Shown in pieces: positions 61,723 through 64,000 of a DNA stretch of 64,000 bases (within the stretch, counting starts at the first letter, position 1; each line of letters opens with the position of its first letter). Under the pieces are notes generated by a model. The model saw only the letters and a program-made list of their open reading frames with translations. It was not told the origin of the DNA and made no database searches. The stretch spans positions 4,739 through 68,738 of the forward strand of contig JANJTK010000197.1 in NCBI GenBank assembly GCA_024711155.1. Direction: 5' to 3'. Position numbers and translations under genes: made by a program. The DNA is from Burkholderiaceae bacterium (GTDB lineage: Bacteria; Pseudomonadota; Gammaproteobacteria; Burkholderiales; Burkholderiaceae_E).

Positions 61723-63585
61723 ATGAGCGGCATCTGGGATCTCGGCTACATCCGGCCGATTCACGACGTCGTGGTGCCGGGCGAGACGTTGCCGGTGCTG
61801 TTCCGAAACGCAGTGCGGGCGCGCGGCGAAGCCGTCTTCATGCGCGAGAAGGAGCTCGGCCTGTGGCGCAGCTGGTCGTGGAACGAGACCGGACGCGCTG
61901 TGCGCGAAGTGGCAATGGGACTCGTCGCGCTCGAGGTCGCGCCCCGCGAGTGCGTGTCGGTCCTGTCGAACACGACCGTCGAGTGGGTCATCGCCGACCT
62001 CGGCATCCTGTGCGCTGCCGGCATCTCGAACGGCATCTACCCGACCGATTCGGCGAGCCAGGTCCGCTACCTGTGCGAGGACTCGCGCACCGTCGTCGCC
62101 TTCGTCGAGAACGACGAGCAGCTCGACAAGCTGCTCGAGGTGCGCGACGAGTTGCCGCTGCTGCGCAAGATCGTCGTTTTCGACATGGAAGGGCTGCGCC
62201 ACTTCCACGATCCAATGGTGATGGGGCTCGACGCGCTGCGCGAACTCGGCGCGCGTCACGACGCCGCGAACCCGGGCGCCTTCGACGCCCTGGTCGAACT
62301 CCCGCAGCCGGACGAACTGGCGATCCTGATCTACACGTCGGGAACGACCGGCAGGCCCAAGGGCGCCATGCACAACCACCGCGGCATCGTCTACACGGTC
62401 CGCGGCCTGAACACCCTGATCGGCCAGGACGACACCGACGAGCGGATGTGCTTCCTGCCGCTTTGCCACGTCGCCGAGCGCATCGGCGGCGCTTACTTCG
62501 CGCTCTACACGGGATCGCGGCTGAACTTCGTCGAGAACCCGGACACGGTGCCCGAGAACGTGCGCGAGATCGCGCCGACGGTCTTCTTCGGGGTACCGCG
62601 AGTGTGGGAGAAGTTCTACTCGGCCGTCACCATCGCGATCTCCGAGTCGACGCGGCTGCAGCAGCTCGCCTACCGCTGGGCGCTCGGCGTGGGCCGGCGC
62701 GTGGCCGACCGGGTGCTCGAAGGCCAGCCGGTGCCGTCGCTGCTCAAGGCCGGGTTTCGCGTCGCGCGCTTCCTGGTGCTCGACAACGTGCGCAAGATGA
62801 TCGGCATCCACCGCGCGCGCTTCCTCGTCACCGGCGCCGCGCCGATCTCGCCCGACCTGGTCAAGTGGTACCTGTCGCTCGGCGTGCCGATCCTCGAGGT
62901 GTGGGGCCAGACCGAATCGTGCGGCGCCTCCACCGGGATGCCGGCAGCCCGGATCGTCCCGGGCTCGATCGGCACCGCCGCCTCGTACAACGAGGTGCGG
63001 GTCGATCCGGCCACCGGCGAGTTGCTCGTGCGCGGGCCCAACGTGTTCATGGGCTACCTGAACCAGCCGGACAAGACGGCCGAGACCGTCGACGCCGACG
63101 GCTGGCTGCACACCGGCGACGTCGGGACCGTCGACGAGAACGGCTACTTCCGCATCACCGACCGGATGAAGGACATCATCATCACCGCCGGCGGCAAGAA
63201 CGTCACGCCGAGCGAGATCGAGAACGAGCTGAAGTTCTCGCCCTACATCACCGATGCGGTGGTCATCGGCGATCGCAGGCCGTACCTGGCCGCGCTGGTC
63301 ATGATCGACCAGGAAAACGTCGAGAAGTTCGCGCAGGACCACGACGTGCCGTTCTCGAACTATGCCAGCCTGACCCGCGCGAAGGAGGTCCAGGCGCTGA
63401 TCCAGGGCGAGGTCGACCGTGTGAACCGCAAGTTCGCGCGCGTCGAGCAGATCAAGGCGTTCCGGCTGCTCGAAACGCAGCTCGGCGCCGAGGACGAGGA
63501 ACTGACGCCGACGATGAAACTCAAGCGCAAGTTCGTCGAGGCGAAGTACGCAGGACTGATCGAGTCGATGTACAAGGGAGGCTGA
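61723..63585 (+). CDS. AMP-forming long-chain/aryl acyl-CoA synthetase (FadD-like, ANL superfamily)
   Basis: ORF 61723..63585 (620 aa). Motifs IYTSGTTGRPKGA, WGQTES, HTGDVG and TPTMKLKR are present. The gene is embedded between the ABC ATPase genes and a binding-protein gene. Confidence 0.85.
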   Translation: MSGIWDLGYIRPIHDVVVPGETLPVLFRNAVRARGEAVFMREKELGLWRSWSWNETGRAVREVAMGLVALEVAPRECVSVLSNTTVEWVIADLGILCAAGISNGIYPTDSASQVRYLCEDSRTVVAFVENDEQLDKLLEVRDELPLLRKIVVFDMEGLRHFHDPMVMGLDALRELGARHDAANPGAFDALVELPQPDELAILIYTSGTTGRPKGAMHNHRGIVYTVRGLNTLIGQDDTDERMCFLPLCHVAERIGGAYFALYTGSRLNFVENPDTVPENVREIAPTVFFGVPRVWEKFYSAVTIAISESTRLQQLAYRWALGVGRRVADRVLEGQPVPSLLKAGFRVARFLVLDNVRKMIGIHRARFLVTGAAPISPDLVKWYLSLGVPILEVWGQTESCGASTGMPAARIVPGSIGTAASYNEVRVDPATGELLVRGPNVFMGYLNQPDKTAETVDADGWLHTGDVGTVDENGYFRITDRMKDIIITAGGKNVTPSEIENELKFSPYITDAVVIGDRRPYLAALVMIDQENVEKFAQDHDVPFSNYASLTRAKEVQALIQGEVDRVNRKFARVEQIKAFRLLETQLGAEDEELTPTMKLKRKFVEAKYAGLIESMYKGG

Positions 63586-63631
63586 GGCCCCCGGGGGCCG
63601 ACGTCGTGGACATCTGGAGGGAGACAGGACC

Positions 63632-64000
63632 ATGAAACGGGCAATCGTTGCACTCGCAGTACTGGCGTCGGCCCCTGGCGCGCTGGCGCAGTCGCAGGGC
63701 GTCACGAAGGACGAGATCCTGGTCGGCTCGATTCTCGACCAGTCGGGACCGCTCGCCGGCTTCGGCAAGCAGACCCGGCTCGGCATGATGCTGAGGATCG
63801 ACGAGGTCAACGAGCAGGGCGGCGTGAACGGCCGCAAGCTGCGACTGATCGTCGAGGACGACGGCTACGATCCCCGGCGCGCTGTGCTGGGAGCGCAGAA
63901 ACTCGTCAACCAGGACAAGGTGTTCGCCGTCATCGGCCACATCGGCACCGCGCACAACATGGCCGCGATGCCGATCCAGTTCGAGAAGAACGTCTTCAAC
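63632..64000 (+). CDS. ABC transporter substrate-binding protein (LivK-like), 3' end cut by window edge
   Basis: ATG 63632 (GGAGGGAGA upstream) is open to the window end (123 codons). The signal peptide ends APGALAQS, followed by ILVGSILDQSGPLAGFGK. It is not in the ORF track because there is no stop. Confidence 0.75.
   Translation, partial: MKRAIVALAVLASAPGALAQSQGVTKDEILVGSILDQSGPLAGFGKQTRLGMMLRIDEVNEQGGVNGRKLRLIVEDDGYDPRRAVLGAQKLVNQDKVFAVIGHIGTAHNMAAMPIQFEKNVFN

Overview
High-GC (roughly 68-70% by eye) proteobacterial chromosome segment. It looks like a facultatively anaerobic, aromatic-degrading betaproteobacterium, but that is only a guess from gene content. I call about 60 genes, almost all catabolic or redox operons and transporters, with frequent ATGA/GTGA start-stop overlaps. 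No rRNA, CRISPR, transposase or integrase was seen.

Gene order:
- korAB-type 2-oxoacid:ferredoxin oxidoreductase plus a coupled ferritin-like gene (5' truncated, 2-2867).
- RidA, methyltransferase, folA, CYTH-CHAD protein, crotonase, tRNA-Arg(CCU) and a VOC protein.
- An oxygen-dependent catabolic cluster (8697-18006): cupin, hydrolase, IclR, atypical SDR, ThDP enzyme, aspartate-dehydrogenase-like protein, ALDH, two-domain VOC and a NicC/salicylate-hydroxylase-like monooxygenase.
- Molybdenum enzyme set 1 (18197-22069). Its FAD subunit carries a Cys-rich insertion like that of 4-hydroxybenzoyl-CoA reductase. CobS/CobT-like AAA+/VWA genes follow directly, and xdhC is convergent.
- IclR plus molybdenum enzyme set 2 (CoxG-M-S-L, 26967-31286) and a Liv-type ABC importer.
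- A minus-strand operon (35997-46453): UbiD, a NitT/TauT-type ABC importer, HyuA/HyuB, an acyl-CoA ligase and UbiX, with a divergent TetR.
- LysR, IorAB-like oxidoreductase and a TRAP transporter whose dctP carries an in-frame TGA.
- HAD-UbiA fusion, PlsC-like acyltransferase and thioesterase.
- A second Liv-type ABC importer with an embedded acyl-CoA synthetase (to the window end).

Best candidates for an undescribed system:
- The UbiD/UbiX-HyuAB-CoA ligase-ABC operon.
- The reductase-type molybdenum enzyme co-operonic with CobS/CobT homologues.
- An identical triple half-site operator (TGAACA-N3-TGTTCA-N4-TGAACA) in front of both the molybdenum operon and xdhC.

All family calls come from reading the translated ORFs by eye. 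No database search was run.
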